Positions 19,765-30,899 of a stretch of 64,000 bases of DNA are shown piece by piece (within the stretch, counting starts at the first letter, position 1; each line of letters opens with the position of its first letter). The notes under the pieces were generated by a model. That model worked only from the letters and a program-made list of their open reading frames with translations, did not search any database and had not been told where the DNA came from. The position numbers and the translations under genes are program-made. Source of the stretch: an uncultured Erysipelotrichaceae bacterium (GTDB lineage: Bacteria > Bacillota_I > Bacilli_A > RF39 > UBA660); NCBI GenBank assembly GCA_902795215.1, contig CADBKG010000010.1, forward strand, positions 139-64,138, read 5' to 3'.

Positions 19765-21666
19765 TTATTTTTTATAACTATCAAAGAATTTTTTTGCACT
19801 AGCTTTAATACCTTGGGCAATTTTAGCGCTTTGATTTGCAACTTGACCAAGTGCATCATATTTACTTCCAGTAGACATTGTAGTTAGAGATGGATTTTGT
19901 GCATCTGAAATAACGCCTTTAACGGCATTTACTGCATCACTACTAGAACCTGCAACTCTATTTACATAATCTTTCATATAATTATTTGCTGCATTTCTTG
20001 TATCGTAAGATACATTTGTTATAGGTTTTTGACCAAGTCCTTGAAGTATTCTTGTAGACATTTCAATATTACCATTCACAGTAGCATGAGGGTCTATACC
20101 ATATTGGTCTTGCGAAATACCACCAACTTGAACATGTCCCATTTGTACTTCTGTACCTGCTAGGTCTACATATACTGCTTCTCCAGGATAAGTAAGTGCG
20201 ATTACTTTTTTAGGAATATCACGGACATCCCAATATACTTGGCACGCAGTTTCTACAAGTCTATCATCAATATCTACACCAGGAATTAAGTCTTCTACTG
20301 ACCATCTATCTTCAGGATTGTATCCACCCGTAACTACGAGAGTAGCATCTGGATTTAGTTCATATATTTTATCAGTAATTCTCTTATAATTGATTGCGTA
20401 TGAAATACCTGCAAGACCTCCACCTACAAAACCATCTACTAAATGTGCAGCATATTCTGGTGTTTTTGCTGCTTGGTCTGCCAAACTAACGTTTGGATCT
20501 TTAAAATCATTAAATATTTCATATATAGGAGTTGCCCATCCAGCCCAAATATCATTAAAACCAACATCTAATGTAATTACATCAGCATTTCTAATTGATT
20601 CTCTATATAATTCTTTTTGAGCGTCTAATTGTTCTTTTGAATATGTTCCATTTGATAAGTCATCATACATTCCTGCATTTAAAGCCCAATCAGAATAATT
20701 ATCATCAAGCATATATAAAACTTCATTAGTTCTAACTCCAGGCATATGTAACTGTGTTGTTTTTCCGCCTAGACCATTACCTACTAGTACTGGTGTTGAA
20801 CCTTCAACGTTTTCATTTGCAACAATATATGTTCCTCTTGCTTTATAGTCATCAAGTCCCCAACCAGACATAACACTATCACCGATAGATACATAATTAT
20901 CTCCTTGGTGTTGTCCTGTTCTATCTTTTCCATTAGATTTATTTTTGGCTAGCAACAAATCATTAAAAGAGTCGTTTAATACACCTCTTAAACCATTATA
21001 TCCAACTTGTGGAGTATAAATCGCGGCTTGAATTGTATTTCTAGTTCCAGCTAATAGAGCACCCATATCTTGGTATAAATCATTTTCACTAGTAAGCATA
21101 GTATCTATAGATGTATCAATTGATTGAGTAACAAGTTTATCAGAAAATTTTTCACCTTCAACAAGAGGGGCAACAAGTAAATGATCTAGTGGGTCCATTA
21201 GCTCTACAGCAGCATCTGCAATATGGAACTTATCTAGTTCTGCGATATTTCCGTGTTGTCCTGTTGCAACATTGCCAATTGCCTGTACTAAATCAACTGC
21301 ATTACTTTGTGCATAATTAGCTATTTTTTCAACAGTTCCTTGAGGAACTACATTGGAATTAACCATACTATTCATAAAAGCTTGTGCAGTAGTTGCAACA
21401 TCCGCTGGATTACTAGTTAAAAATCTTTGCCCTGTATCTGCAATATCTTTCATAGTTTGCTCTGTAAATTCTTTAACTGCAGGTTGACTAAAAATTACAT
21501 TCATTGCTTCTTGTGCATTACTAAAAATAGTATTAGCAACATTTCCTGCAGTTGAAAGCATTCCGCTTAAATCAACTGTTTCCATCTTAGCATTGCCATT
21601 TGCAATAGCTGTTCCAGTCTTTTGTATATTTGTATTAATCTCTTTTAATTTTGATACTAAACTCAT
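19765..21666 (-). CDS. SGNH/GDSL hydrolase with long helical N-terminal extension
   Basis: YVSIGDSV..G.G (block I), ITLDVGFND (block III), DPH (block V); no signal peptide; AGGAGG SD. Confidence 0.75.
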   Translation of the reverse strand: MSLVSKLKEINTNIQKTGTAIANGNAKMETVDLSGMLSTAGNVANTIFSNAQEAMNVIFSQPAVKEFTEQTMKDIADTGQRFLTSNPADVATTAQAFMNSMVNSNVVPQGTVEKIANYAQSNAVDLVQAIGNVATGQHGNIAELDKFHIADAAVELMDPLDHLLVAPLVEGEKFSDKLVTQSIDTSIDTMLTSENDLYQDMGALLAGTRNTIQAAIYTPQVGYNGLRGVLNDSFNDLLLAKNKSNGKDRTGQHQGDNYVSIGDSVMSGWGLDDYKARGTYIVANENVEGSTPVLVGNGLGGKTTQLHMPGVRTNEVLYMLDDNYSDWALNAGMYDDLSNGTYSKEQLDAQKELYRESIRNADVITLDVGFNDIWAGWATPIYEIFNDFKDPNVSLADQAAKTPEYAAHLVDGFVGGGLAGISYAINYKRITDKIYELNPDATLVVTGGYNPEDRWSVEDLIPGVDIDDRLVETACQVYWDVRDIPKKVIALTYPGEAVYVDLAGTEVQMGHVQVGGISQDQYGIDPHATVNGNIEMSTRILQGLGQKPITNVSYDTRNAANNYMKDYVNRVAGSSSDAVNAVKGVISDAQNPSLTTMSTGSKYDALGQVANQSAKIAQGIKASAKKFFDSYKK

Positions 21667-21684
21667 ATAATCCTCCTATTTTAT

Positions 21685-21722
21685 ACTACCTTAAAGTTAA
21701 CACACAACTACCTTAAAGTCAA
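21685..21722. promoter_or_regulatory. direct-repeat operator upstream of the SGNH gene
   Basis: ACTACCTTAAAGT(T/C)AA twice, 22-bp period, overlapping a TTGACT -35. Confidence 0.5.
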
Positions 21723-21789
21723 TCATTACATTTTTAAAAGTGTAAACTAAAAATGTAATAAGTAATAAAAAAATGAAGTTTTCACTTCA

Positions 21790-23034
21790 TTATTTTTTAA
21801 GTACATCTATAGCTTTATGAACTAGTAAATCGTATTTAACTACTTCAATTCCACCATACATCTCGATTAGTTCTTTATCACTTACACCATATCTTTCAGC
21901 CATATCTTTTGCATGTTTTTCAACTTCTTTTTCTGTTGCATCAAGTTTTTCTTTTTCAATAATATGGTCAAGTAGATATCTTGATTTAATTCTTGATAAT
22001 GCTGCTGGTTTTGTTTCTTCTTTAAATTTTTCTGGAGTTGAATTTGTAAATTCTAAATATTGTTTTAATGTAATTCCTTGCATAGATAATCTTTCTTCCA
22101 TTTCTCTAGCAATTCTATTAATTTCATCATCAATAATTTCGTCATTTACATCAACAGTCATTTTTTCAATTCCTGCATTAATTAAATCATCTAAATATTT
22201 GTTTTCTAAATCTTCATTTAAATGTTCAAGTAGATGTTCTTCTATTTTCTTTTCTAAATCTTCTTTATTTTTAACATCATCGTATCCTAAATCTTCATAA
22301 AATTCTTTATTAAGTTTTGGAAGAACTCTTTCTTGTATTTTTTTAACTTTACATTTAAAGACAGCATCTTTATTTGCAAGTTCTTTTGTATAGTTTTCTG
22401 GGAATTTAACTTTAACATCTTTTTCTTCCCCTGCTTTAACACCAATTAATTGTTCTTCAAAACCAGGAATAAATGTTCCTGAACCTATTTCAAGTGGATA
22501 ATCAGATCCTTTACCACCTTCAAATGGTTTTCCATCAACAAATCCTTCAAAGTCAATAACAGCTATATTACCATCTTCAACTTTACCTTTTTCTTTATCA
22601 ACTATTTCTGCAAATCTATTTTGAAGTGATATTAGTTCATCTTCTATTTCTTTTTTAGTAACTTTAGCTTTACCTTTTTTAACTCCTAAATTCTTATAAG
22701 ATGATACTTTTACTTCTGGTTTAGTAATAATAGTAAATTCAAATACTATGTGTTTATCATCAATTTCTTTAATATCAACTTTTGGTTCACATACAGGTTC
22801 TAACTTATTATCATCTAAAGCTTTTTTATAAGCTTCTGGTAAAGCAGCATCTACAGAATCCATAAATAAAGATTCAATCCCAAATTCTTTTAAATATTTT
22901 TCTTTTGGTGCTTTACCCTTTCTAAAACCTTTAATTGTTACTTCATTATTTTTCTTTTTAAAAGTAGCATCTAAATGTTTAGTCCATTCTTTATTTTCTA
23001 ATTTTACTTCGATTTTATGTTCATTCTTTTTCAT
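21790..23034 (-). CDS. tig: trigger factor
   Basis: GFRKGKAP, FKBP domain IDFEG.VDG..FEGG, FIPGFEEQL. Confidence 0.97.
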   Translation of the reverse strand: MKKNEHKIEVKLENKEWTKHLDATFKKKNNEVTIKGFRKGKAPKEKYLKEFGIESLFMDSVDAALPEAYKKALDDNKLEPVCEPKVDIKEIDDKHIVFEFTIITKPEVKVSSYKNLGVKKGKAKVTKKEIEDELISLQNRFAEIVDKEKGKVEDGNIAVIDFEGFVDGKPFEGGKGSDYPLEIGSGTFIPGFEEQLIGVKAGEEKDVKVKFPENYTKELANKDAVFKCKVKKIQERVLPKLNKEFYEDLGYDDVKNKEDLEKKIEEHLLEHLNEDLENKYLDDLINAGIEKMTVDVNDEIIDDEINRIAREMEERLSMQGITLKQYLEFTNSTPEKFKEETKPAALSRIKSRYLLDHIIEKEKLDATEKEVEKHAKDMAERYGVSDKELIEMYGGIEVVKYDLLVHKAIDVLKK

Positions 23035-23088
23035 TTTTTACTTTCCTTTCGCTTAATTATTATATAATAGTTTAACTTTTAGTGCAAG

Positions 23089-23751
23089 TTACATAGCCTC
23101 TAAATCATCTAGGATTTCATCAAGCATTTCCATTTTTTCATGCATTTGTTCATTCTTACTTTTAAAGTATAAGTCTTCATATTCCTCTAGTAAATCTCTA
23201 AAGTAATTTATGTTCTTTTTATCTTTAATAAGTATTGGTCCAAACTCGTATTCTTTTTCAGTATAAGTTTTTGGATACATATCATGAACTGCAATTATAT
23301 TTATATATGTTTTTTTACCATCTTTTATGATTTCTTCATGAGCTATATTAAAACTTTTTTGTGTTAAGAATTTTCTTAATTCATAATGATTATTATTTGA
23401 TTGCAAAATTAATTTATATACTCTATTTAGATTTGGACTTTCTAATATACTAATTATATTTTTAGAACCCATTCCACTTATTATTAGAGTATCTATATTA
23501 TATTCTGCTGATCTTTCTATACCATAACCAAGTATAGGTATTATCTTTTTTTCTAGTCCACTTTTTTTAATATTATCTATTCCATTTTGAAGTGCATTTG
23601 GATTAACATCACATACATACATTTTATTTAATATATTATTTTCAACCAAATATATATCAAGTAATGCATGATCACATCCAACATCCATAACTATATCTTC
23701 TGATTCTACATAAGGGACTAGACTTTTTAATCTATCGCTTATTTTAATCAT
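23089..23751 (-). CDS. trmK: tRNA (adenine(22)-N1)-methyltransferase
   Basis: S.RL, DVGCDHA.L, I.GMG, LILQ.N; downstream of sigA. Confidence 0.9.
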   Translation of the reverse strand: MIKISDRLKSLVPYVESEDIVMDVGCDHALLDIYLVENNILNKMYVCDVNPNALQNGIDNIKKSGLEKKIIPILGYGIERSAEYNIDTLIISGMGSKNIISILESPNLNRVYKLILQSNNNHYELRKFLTQKSFNIAHEEIIKDGKKTYINIIAVHDMYPKTYTEKEYEFGPILIKDKKNINYFRDLLEEYEDLYFKSKNEQMHEKMEMLDEILDDLEAM

Positions 23752-25106
23752 TATTCATCTCCTAAGAAGTCTCTTAACTTTTTAGCACGAGATGGATGTC
23801 TTAATTTTCTTAAAGCTTTTGCTTCTATTTGTCTTATTCTTTCTCTTGTTACATTAAATCTTTTACCAACTTCTTCAAGTGTATAACATGTACCATCAAG
23901 TAATCCAAATCTTAATTCTAGTACTTCTTGTTCTCTTTTTTGAAGGGTTTTTAGAACTTCTCTTATTTGTTCTTTTAATATTTCATTTGTTGCATAATCT
24001 TCTGGACTCATGCTTGTTTTATCTGGAACAAAATCTCCAAAGTGTGAGTCTTCTTCTTCACCTATTGGTGTATCTAGACTTACAGGTTCTTGACTAATCT
24101 TTAAGACTTCTCTAACTTTTTCAACAGAAATACCCATTTTAGCTGCTAGTTCTTCTTCGCTTGGTTCATGATTTAATTCTAGAGTCATTTGTCTTTGAAT
24201 TCTAGCCATTTTATTGATAGTTTCTACCATGTGTACTGGTACCCTAATAGTTCTAGCTTGATCTGCAAGTGCTCTAGTGATAGCTTGTCTTATCCACCAT
24301 GTTGCATATGTTGAAAATTTAAAACCTTTATCATAATCGAATTTTTCAACCGCCTTCATAAGACCAATATTACCTTCTTGTATTAAATCAAGGAATAATA
24401 ATCCTCTACCAACATATCTTTTAGCAATTGATACCACAAGTCTTAAGTTTGATTCTGCTAGTTCTCTTTTTGCATCCTCATCACCTTGAGATACTCTAAT
24501 GCTTAGGTCTGCTTCTTCTTGAGGACTAAGTAAGCTTATACGACCAATTTCTTTTAAATACATTCTAACTGGATCGTTAATATTCATATCTTTAGTAATA
24601 TCTTCATCACTAAGTATTTCAATTTCTTCGTTATCTTTATTATCATCCTTTTCAGTAGAAGATATAACTGTAATATTATGTTCCATCAATGTATTATATA
24701 GAGTTTCAAGTGAATCTCCATCAATATCAAGACCTTTTAACTCTTCTGCCATTTGTTCAAAAGTTAATGTTCCCGTCTCTGATCCAACTTGTATTAATGT
24801 TTCTACTCTTTCTTCAAATGATTTAATCGCAGATACTTTTTTTGCCTTAGTATTTTCTTCTTCTTTTGAAATTATAGATACTATAAGTTTATCTATTTCA
24901 TTAATGTTAGTATCCGGATTAACATTTTGCATAATTATGCAACCATCATCAAGTGATTCTTCATATAATAGATTATCTTTTTTTATTTTATCAACAGTAA
25001 CTTCGATTTTATTCTTTTTAGCCCATTTTTCTAAATCTTTAATATTGCTTCCAACAAAATTAGGTAATAAAACTTCTTTTTCATTCTTCTTCATTATTTC
25101 CAACAC
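23751..25106 (-). CDS. sigA: RNA polymerase sigma factor SigA/RpoD with N-terminal PASTA-like extension (start uncertain: 25106, 25103 or 25094)
   Basis: [65 protein letters not shown]; dnaG-sigA-trmK synteny. Confidence 0.96.
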   Translation of the reverse strand: MLEIMKKNEKEVLLPNFVGSNIKDLEKWAKKNKIEVTVDKIKKDNLLYEESLDDGCIIMQNVNPDTNINEIDKLIVSIISKEEENTKAKKVSAIKSFEERVETLIQVGSETGTLTFEQMAEELKGLDIDGDSLETLYNTLMEHNITVISSTEKDDNKDNEEIEILSDEDITKDMNINDPVRMYLKEIGRISLLSPQEEADLSIRVSQGDEDAKRELAESNLRLVVSIAKRYVGRGLLFLDLIQEGNIGLMKAVEKFDYDKGFKFSTYATWWIRQAITRALADQARTIRVPVHMVETINKMARIQRQMTLELNHEPSEEELAAKMGISVEKVREVLKISQEPVSLDTPIGEEEDSHFGDFVPDKTSMSPEDYATNEILKEQIREVLKTLQKREQEVLELRFGLLDGTCYTLEEVGKRFNVTRERIRQIEAKALRKLRHPSRAKKLRDFLGDE

Positions 25107-26853
25107 ATCCTCTTTTAATTTCTATTATCTTTTCAAATAATCTTTTTCTTCTACTTACATCAAGCTCATTTTTCATTTCTTCTTTTATAAGTTTGATTTT
25201 TTCTTCATTTAAATGTTTTCTAACAATAGCTATTGCTGCTTTAATATCGGAATCTTTAAATTCTGGAAGATTAACATTACTAATTATTTCCTTAACTGTA
25301 GGAACCACATCTTCATAATCTTCAGCGAATGTAAGATAGTCCGCAAAGTCAATTTCTTTGTTTAACTCAAAGTAGTATACCAAATTATTTGCAACAAGTC
25401 TATATTTGTTTTTTGGTAAATCAAAATCTTCTTTTAAATATAATCTCATAGCACTTTCAGAATGCATCATATAGTAAAGCATAACTGATAACGCTCTTTC
25501 AAATTTAGTAGATTTTTTAACTTCTTTATTTGTGTTTGTTTCTTCTTTTTTAGTTTCCACTTTAATATTTTTTATTTCTTCATTACTTGTAAGTCTTGCT
25601 TTAAGTAATTCTTTATCTAAATGATAATCATTTGATAACTTATTTATACATGTTTCAATTAACAAACTATCAGAACTTACGCTAATAATACTTAAAACCT
25701 TATTTATATATTCCGTAAGTTGTATAGGGTTACTAAGATCCTTATCTTTTTTAAGAGCAATAAATATAAAATCAATAAAACTCATAGGATTTTTAATATT
25801 GTCTTTAAATGCCATTGCACCATATTCTAGAATATATTCATCTGGATCTTTTTTCCCTGTTAATCTTACTACACCTATATCCATTCCTTCTTTAAGAAGA
25901 CTTTCACCTAGTGATAAGGTTGCCATTTCTCCAGCATTATCGTTATCCATAACAAGTATTACTTTAACCCCAAGTTTTTTTAAAAGTTCTACCTGCTGTT
26001 TTGCAAGGGCAGTACCCATGGTTGCAACTACGTTTTTAAGACCAATACTATATATTCTAATTGCATCCATAAATCCTTCACATATTATAATAGATTTTTC
26101 TAGCCTAGCTGCTGGTGCAGCCAAGTGATAGTTATATAAATTCTCTCGTTTTTTAAAGATAATTGTTTCTTTAGTATTAACGTATTTACTATTAGATGTT
26201 GTATTATATATTCTTCCACTAAAGCCATTAACTTTACCATCAGGGTTTTTTAAAGGGAATATTATCCTATTTCTAAATAAATCATATATTCCTCTTTCGC
26301 CATTGTTTACAAGACCTAAATCTTGCATATCTTTTAAAGGTATTTTCTTTTTTTCGAGCAGTTTATATAATTGATCATTATCTGTAATTGCAAGTCCTAT
26401 ACTAAAATCTTTTATTATTTCATCTGTTAAACCTCTATCTTTAAGGTATTTTCTTGCTTCTTCTCCAATCTTTGTTCTAAGGTTATTTTCATATAGTTTA
26501 GTTGCTAGATCCATTATTTTATAATATTTTTCATATACAGTATTTTGTTTTGATTTATGCACAACAAAATCTTCACCTATTTTATCGGCGACTACTTTAA
26601 CTGCTTCTATAAAACTAACACCTAAGAAATTTTCAACAAATGTAAACACATTTCCTGTCGCGCCACACACAAAACATTTATATATTTGTTTGTCTTTACT
26701 AACACTCATACTTGGACTATGATCATCATGAAAAGGACAAACACCAAAATAGTTTTTACCATGGCTTTCAAGTTTAACATATGAATTAATTATTTCTACT
26801 ATGTCTGCTTTATTTTGAATCCTTTTGAAATCGTTGTTTTGACTTTCATTCAT
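25081..26853 (-). CDS. dnaG: DNA primase
   Basis: CPFHDD..PS, CFVC zinc finger, EGFMD, DND.AG, KDPDE. Confidence 0.97.
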   Translation of the reverse strand: MNESQNNDFKRIQNKADIVEIINSYVKLESHGKNYFGVCPFHDDHSPSMSVSKDKQIYKCFVCGATGNVFTFVENFLGVSFIEAVKVVADKIGEDFVVHKSKQNTVYEKYYKIMDLATKLYENNLRTKIGEEARKYLKDRGLTDEIIKDFSIGLAITDNDQLYKLLEKKKIPLKDMQDLGLVNNGERGIYDLFRNRIIFPLKNPDGKVNGFSGRIYNTTSNSKYVNTKETIIFKKRENLYNYHLAAPAARLEKSIIICEGFMDAIRIYSIGLKNVVATMGTALAKQQVELLKKLGVKVILVMDNDNAGEMATLSLGESLLKEGMDIGVVRLTGKKDPDEYILEYGAMAFKDNIKNPMSFIDFIFIALKKDKDLSNPIQLTEYINKVLSIISVSSDSLLIETCINKLSNDYHLDKELLKARLTSNEEIKNIKVETKKEETNTNKEVKKSTKFERALSVMLYYMMHSESAMRLYLKEDFDLPKNKYRLVANNLVYYFELNKEIDFADYLTFAEDYEDVVPTVKEIISNVNLPEFKDSDIKAAIAIVRKHLNEEKIKLIKEEMKNELDVSRRKRLFEKIIEIKRGCVGNNEEE

Positions 26854-26856
26854 AAA

Positions 26857-26910
26857 ATACCCTCTATTATTTATTATTCAAGATAAAATTCATTTTTCTT
26901 AAAAAAAATA
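26857..26910. repeat. direct repeat copy 1 (dnaG upstream region)
   Basis: ATACCCTCTATTATTTATTATTCAAGATAAAATTCATTTTTCTTAAAAAAAATA. Confidence 0.85.
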
Positions 26911-27007
26911 GCAAAAAATTTAATTTTTTTTAAAATTTTACGCAAATTTGACACTTTTTTTGCTCAATTTCAATTATATTACCATAAAAATATATTTTTA
27001 AAAAGGG

Positions 27008-27826
27008 TTATTTAATATCTATAAAATTTTTTTCTTTTTCTAGTTCTTTTAGACTTTTATTTGGTGTTGGAAGAGTCTCTGGCATCGTTCCACCAAGTTC
27101 TTTTATTGTTTCTCTAACTTTCTTTCCAACTTTATAATGTGTTTCATTAGAATTTTTCTCTCCCTTAATGTTATCTTTTTTTAATTTAGCTTCTGTTTGG
27201 ACTATTCTAAATAAGTTATCCGCTAGTTCTTCACTACCCATATTATCTAAGATATCTTCCCTATATCTAAGTCCCTTTCTTTTTGCAATATCGTCTGCAG
27301 TTTCACCGTTATATAATCCTTTATATCCAGCATTATGAAATTTATCAAAATTTTTAACTCCTGCTTTCTTGGCAGTTTGATTTAATGAATAATTCCCTTT
27401 TCTGGTTAAATTTCTATTATAGAATCTTTTCTCATCTTCAGACATTAAAGTATATTCTTTTTCAAACATTTCTTGTTTTCTAGTTTGAATTGCAAAATAA
27501 GTTTGTGCAAGTGCAACCACTTTTTTTCTAGAATCACCATTTTGAGCAATTAAATAACAAGCATAACGTGAGAGCTTGTAATCACTAATTTTTTTGGTTG
27601 ATACCCCTGTATTTACTATTTTGTCAGTGCCGACAAAATAGCCGGAAATCTCATTATTACTATTCCTACAAGCTTGCTTTGCTTTTTCAATAACACCTTC
27701 AAATTTTCTCCATTCTTTATAATCCAATACTTTTTGTAGTTCCCTAGCTTCCCAATATTCTTTTCCTTCTTCATCAATGTGTTTAATATTTTCAAATATA
27801 TTTATATTTGTTTCTATTTCATTCAT
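27008..27826 (-). CDS. dinD: DNA damage-inducible protein D (BRO-N family)
   Basis: EYW.ARELQ..L.Y..W..F, LSRYACYLIAQNGD..K, AQTYFA.QTR.QE, ILDNMGSEELA.NLFR. Confidence 0.88.
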   Translation of the reverse strand: MNEIETNINIFENIKHIDEEGKEYWEARELQKVLDYKEWRKFEGVIEKAKQACRNSNNEISGYFVGTDKIVNTGVSTKKISDYKLSRYACYLIAQNGDSRKKVVALAQTYFAIQTRKQEMFEKEYTLMSEDEKRFYNRNLTRKGNYSLNQTAKKAGVKNFDKFHNAGYKGLYNGETADDIAKRKGLRYREDILDNMGSEELADNLFRIVQTEAKLKKDNIKGEKNSNETHYKVGKKVRETIKELGGTMPETLPTPNKSLKELEKEKNFIDIK

Positions 27827-27898
27827 CTTTTACCTTCTTTCTAATAGTTGAGAATATAATTATTCTTTTTTTTACCTCCCTTCCATTTATGAAAATTT

Positions 27899-27950
27899 AT
27901 ACCCTCTATTATTATTATTCAAGATAGATTTCATTTTTCTTAAAAAAATA
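27899..27950. repeat. direct repeat copy 2 (upstream of dinD)
   Basis: ATACCCTCTATTATTATTATTCAAGATAGATTTCATTTTTCTTAAAAAAATA; few differences from copy 1. Confidence 0.85.
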
Positions 27951-28140
27951 CTTAATTTACTAAAATTTTAGTAATATTTTTTATAATTACATACAATAAC
28001 CATTTTATTGCATTAAAAAAGACAACTTTATTTAGTTTTTCTTCTGTAAAATATCCATTCATACCATCTTCAGATGACAAATATTTTTATTGATTTATAC
28101 TAAATATTAACATATAATACTTTTGCTTGGAGTGATATAA

Positions 28141-28404
28141 ATGTTATATGAAATAGATGATTTATTTATGATGAAAATTAATAATGAAGTAACAATTATT
28201 TCAAAAAGTGAAGCTTTGGATTTATTAAATGAAAGATACTTAGATGCTGAAGATGAAATTGAAGATGTGATTAGGCTATCAAAATTTATATATGATCCAG
28301 AATTATCACTTAGCGCAATAAAATATCTTTCTCCATATTTAAAAAGAATGTACTTTAATCATTTCACTATCAAACCAAATAAAAAAATGCCTATAAAACA
28401 ATAG
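28141..28404 (+). CDS. hypothetical protein
   Basis: GGAGTGA SD; TTGATT-17-TATAAT promoter upstream. Confidence 0.7.
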   Translation: MLYEIDDLFMMKINNEVTIISKSEALDLLNERYLDAEDEIEDVIRLSKFIYDPELSLSAIKYLSPYLKRMYFNHFTIKPNKKMPIKQ

Positions 28405-28447
28405 TGCATTTTTTTATATTTTTCATAATATATAATAGGTGAAGTCT

Positions 28448-28627
28448 ATGAGAAGAAGATTTAAGGGTGGTTTTTATAGCATGGTATGTATTTTAATACT
28501 ATCTGTAATGGTATTCTGGCAAACAATACTTATTCTTATATTACCATTTAGATTTAACGTTTTTATTTTACTTATAGAACTTGTATTACTCTTTTATTTC
28601 ATCTTTAATATAATAAGGCCTTATTAA
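28448..28627 (+). CDS. small two-TM membrane protein
   Basis: AGGTGA SD, basic N-terminus then two hydrophobic stretches; 3' end overlaps the convergent gene. Confidence 0.5.
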   Translation: MRRRFKGGFYSMVCILILSVMVFWQTILILILPFRFNVFILLIELVLLFYFIFNIIRPY

Positions 28628-29476
28628 TTTTTCTACTCCTTTTGTATACTCTATCATTTCCTCAATTTTTACAACATTTTCATATTCATTATTTGAAAGG
28701 TTTATTTCCTTTGGAATACATAGAAGTATAAATAGTAATTCTCTTTCTTCTTCACTTAGATTATTATCTTTTATATATTTGTTGATAGCTTCTTCTAAAT
28801 CAATATTATTACTTTCATTCTTATATAAATTATATATATCAAGTATTGGAGTATCAACAGAAGATTTATCCCAACTAATTAATGTGTCATCTTCTTTTAT
28901 ATAATGATTTAATCTCAAATTATTATGCACGATAGATACCCTATATTCTTTTTTCTCTTTTACTTTATCATACCAATTATTAAGTTTTTCTTTTGCAAAT
29001 TTTATTTCATTAAAGATTTTAGAAGAATTTCTTATAAACAAGTAATGACTTGGACTTAAAAATCTTTCTTTTTCAATATCATTAACAATATTATTGTATA
29101 TAAATTCATTATAGTCTAAGTTGCTTTTTATATTATCATATATTTCTTTAAATTTATCCTCTGTTACTTCCTTATTATAGGAAGTATTATTATGTAATTT
29201 TGATACAACATCTATTAAATCATTTATTTTTTGTTTACTTGGATAATCATAATCTTCTTTATACTCATATATATCGATATTACTTCTAGAATAATCTACT
29301 AGATTTGGAAAGTTATAAAAATTTCTGCTTTTTAAATATTCAAATAATTCCTTTATATTTTTATTTTTTTCTTTTATAACAAATTTCCCTTCTGTAGTTT
29401 CTATAATAGATACTTTCCCTTTTTTTGTTATTTTGTATGGTTTATATAATTTATTAATAAGATCTATATTATTCAT
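28586..29476 (-). CDS. spore coat kinase-like protein (YsxE/CotS family)
   Basis: YL.SR.F..FP, SKLH, IVHNNL..NH, LISW..S..D.P..D; directly after spoVID-like gene. Confidence 0.75.
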   Translation of the reverse strand: MNNIDLINKLYKPYKITKKGKVSIIETTEGKFVIKEKNKNIKELFEYLKSRNFYNFPNLVDYSRSNIDIYEYKEDYDYPSKQKINDLIDVVSKLHNNTSYNKEVTEDKFKEIYDNIKSNLDYNEFIYNNIVNDIEKERFLSPSHYLFIRNSSKIFNEIKFAKEKLNNWYDKVKEKKEYRVSIVHNNLRLNHYIKEDDTLISWDKSSVDTPILDIYNLYKNESNNIDLEEAINKYIKDNNLSEEERELLFILLCIPKEINLSNNEYENVVKIEEMIEYTKGVEKLIRPYYIKDEIKE

Positions 29477-30128
29477 TTTTCTTACATGGAATTATCAATT
29501 TATTATTTATTTCAAAACTTTCTCCTTCATTATATTCTTTAATCATATCTACACTAGTATTATACTCTTTTGCAATTGATTCTAAGGTATCCATTTCAGT
29601 AATTTTATGTATATGATATACGATGTAAGTATCTTCTTTAGGAGTGCTGTCTATTATAGCTTCTTGCTCTTCTTTGTTTAGTCTATCTTCTTCTATATTT
29701 TCCTCTATAACTGGTTTTTCTTCTATAGGAATAGGCTCTAGTTCTATAATATCTTTGCTTTCTGGTTCTTCCTCAAGTTTAAAAGGTTCAGGTATAATAG
29801 GTTCTTTTTTTATTTCTTCATAATTTAATCTTAAATCTATATAAACACTTAATACATCATCAACTGTATTATATTCAAAGTTATCTATTTCATATATAAT
29901 ACTTTCTTTATCAATTTTATCATCTAATTCATATTCTAGTGGCAAATCATAATTAAATGTTTCTTTGTTAACACTTAAGTTATTAGGTTTATATTCCCCA
30001 GATAAGTTAAAAGAACCTTTAAATATATTATCTTCAACATTAAAGTCTTGCTCTAATGAAATAGAACAAATCTCTCCAATTTTGGTTTTAAATATTATAT
30101 CTTTTTCATAATTAATAATTTTAAACAT
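29469..30128 (-). CDS. SpoVID-like coat morphogenetic protein with C-terminal LysM
   Basis: I.EI.SISL, G...LSGEY N-terminal domain; DTLESIA..Y LysM. Confidence 0.75.
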   Translation of the reverse strand: MFKIINYEKDIIFKTKIGEICSISLEQDFNVEDNIFKGSFNLSGEYKPNNLSVNKETFNYDLPLEYELDDKIDKESIIYEIDNFEYNTVDDVLSVYIDLRLNYEEIKKEPIIPEPFKLEEEPESKDIIELEPIPIEEKPVIEENIEEDRLNKEEQEAIIDSTPKEDTYIVYHIHKITEMDTLESIAKEYNTSVDMIKEYNEGESFEINNKLIIPCKKNE

Positions 30129-30179
30129 TAAAAAACTCTCCTTTATTCTAATATATTATTAATAAGAAGAGTTTATGTC

Positions 30180-30881
30180 TTAATCTTTATATTCACTTGT
30201 AATATCAAAGTATTCTTCTAAAGATATCCAATTACCATCATTATATAGTTTTTTTGCTAATGTTTTTCCAACATATCTTAAATGCCACGGTTCATACTTA
30301 TAACCAGTATATTTTTCTTTTCCTTTAGGATATCTTATAATAAATCCATATTTATAAGCATTGTCATTTATCCACTTTCCTTCATTAGTATCTATAAAAG
30401 AATCTTCAACACTGTTTAAATCAAATGATAATCCTGTATGATGTTCAGAATGCCCAGGTCTTGATGAATATATATCTGCTTTTTCTTTGCCATCTTTTTC
30501 TATATACCTATTATATAAGTTTTCTTGATAAGAATATGTTCTATATCCACTTTGTATCCATAATTTTAAGTTTTCTTTATTAGCATCTTCTTCCATTTTT
30601 TTAAATGCATTATAAGCATCTATATTTATACATAGTGGACACATACCAGTTTCTTTTGTTACTTTTTCATATGTATTATTTGGAATAAAATCTTTTGGCA
30701 AACTATACGTTTTATTAACTATTAATATTCCATCTATATATGTTGCTCCATTTATTACTTCTATCTTACTTTCCTTTTCTTGAACCTTACTTGTTTTATT
30801 TATTATATAATCTTTTTTCATGTATACTCCTAATAAAATTATACCAAAAATGATTATAATACTAAAGATAACTCTTTTCAT
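30180..30881 (-). CDS. M15B D-alanyl-D-alanine carboxypeptidase (VanY-like)
   Basis: SGYR, S.RPGHSEHHTGL.FD, YGFIIRYP, YEPWHLRYVG. Confidence 0.92.
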   Translation of the reverse strand: MKRVIFSIIIIFGIILLGVYMKKDYIINKTSKVQEKESKIEVINGATYIDGILIVNKTYSLPKDFIPNNTYEKVTKETGMCPLCINIDAYNAFKKMEEDANKENLKLWIQSGYRTYSYQENLYNRYIEKDGKEKADIYSSRPGHSEHHTGLSFDLNSVEDSFIDTNEGKWINDNAYKYGFIIRYPKGKEKYTGYKYEPWHLRYVGKTLAKKLYNDGNWISLEEYFDITSEYKD

Positions 30882-30899
30882 ATGTTCCTTTCTAACTGA

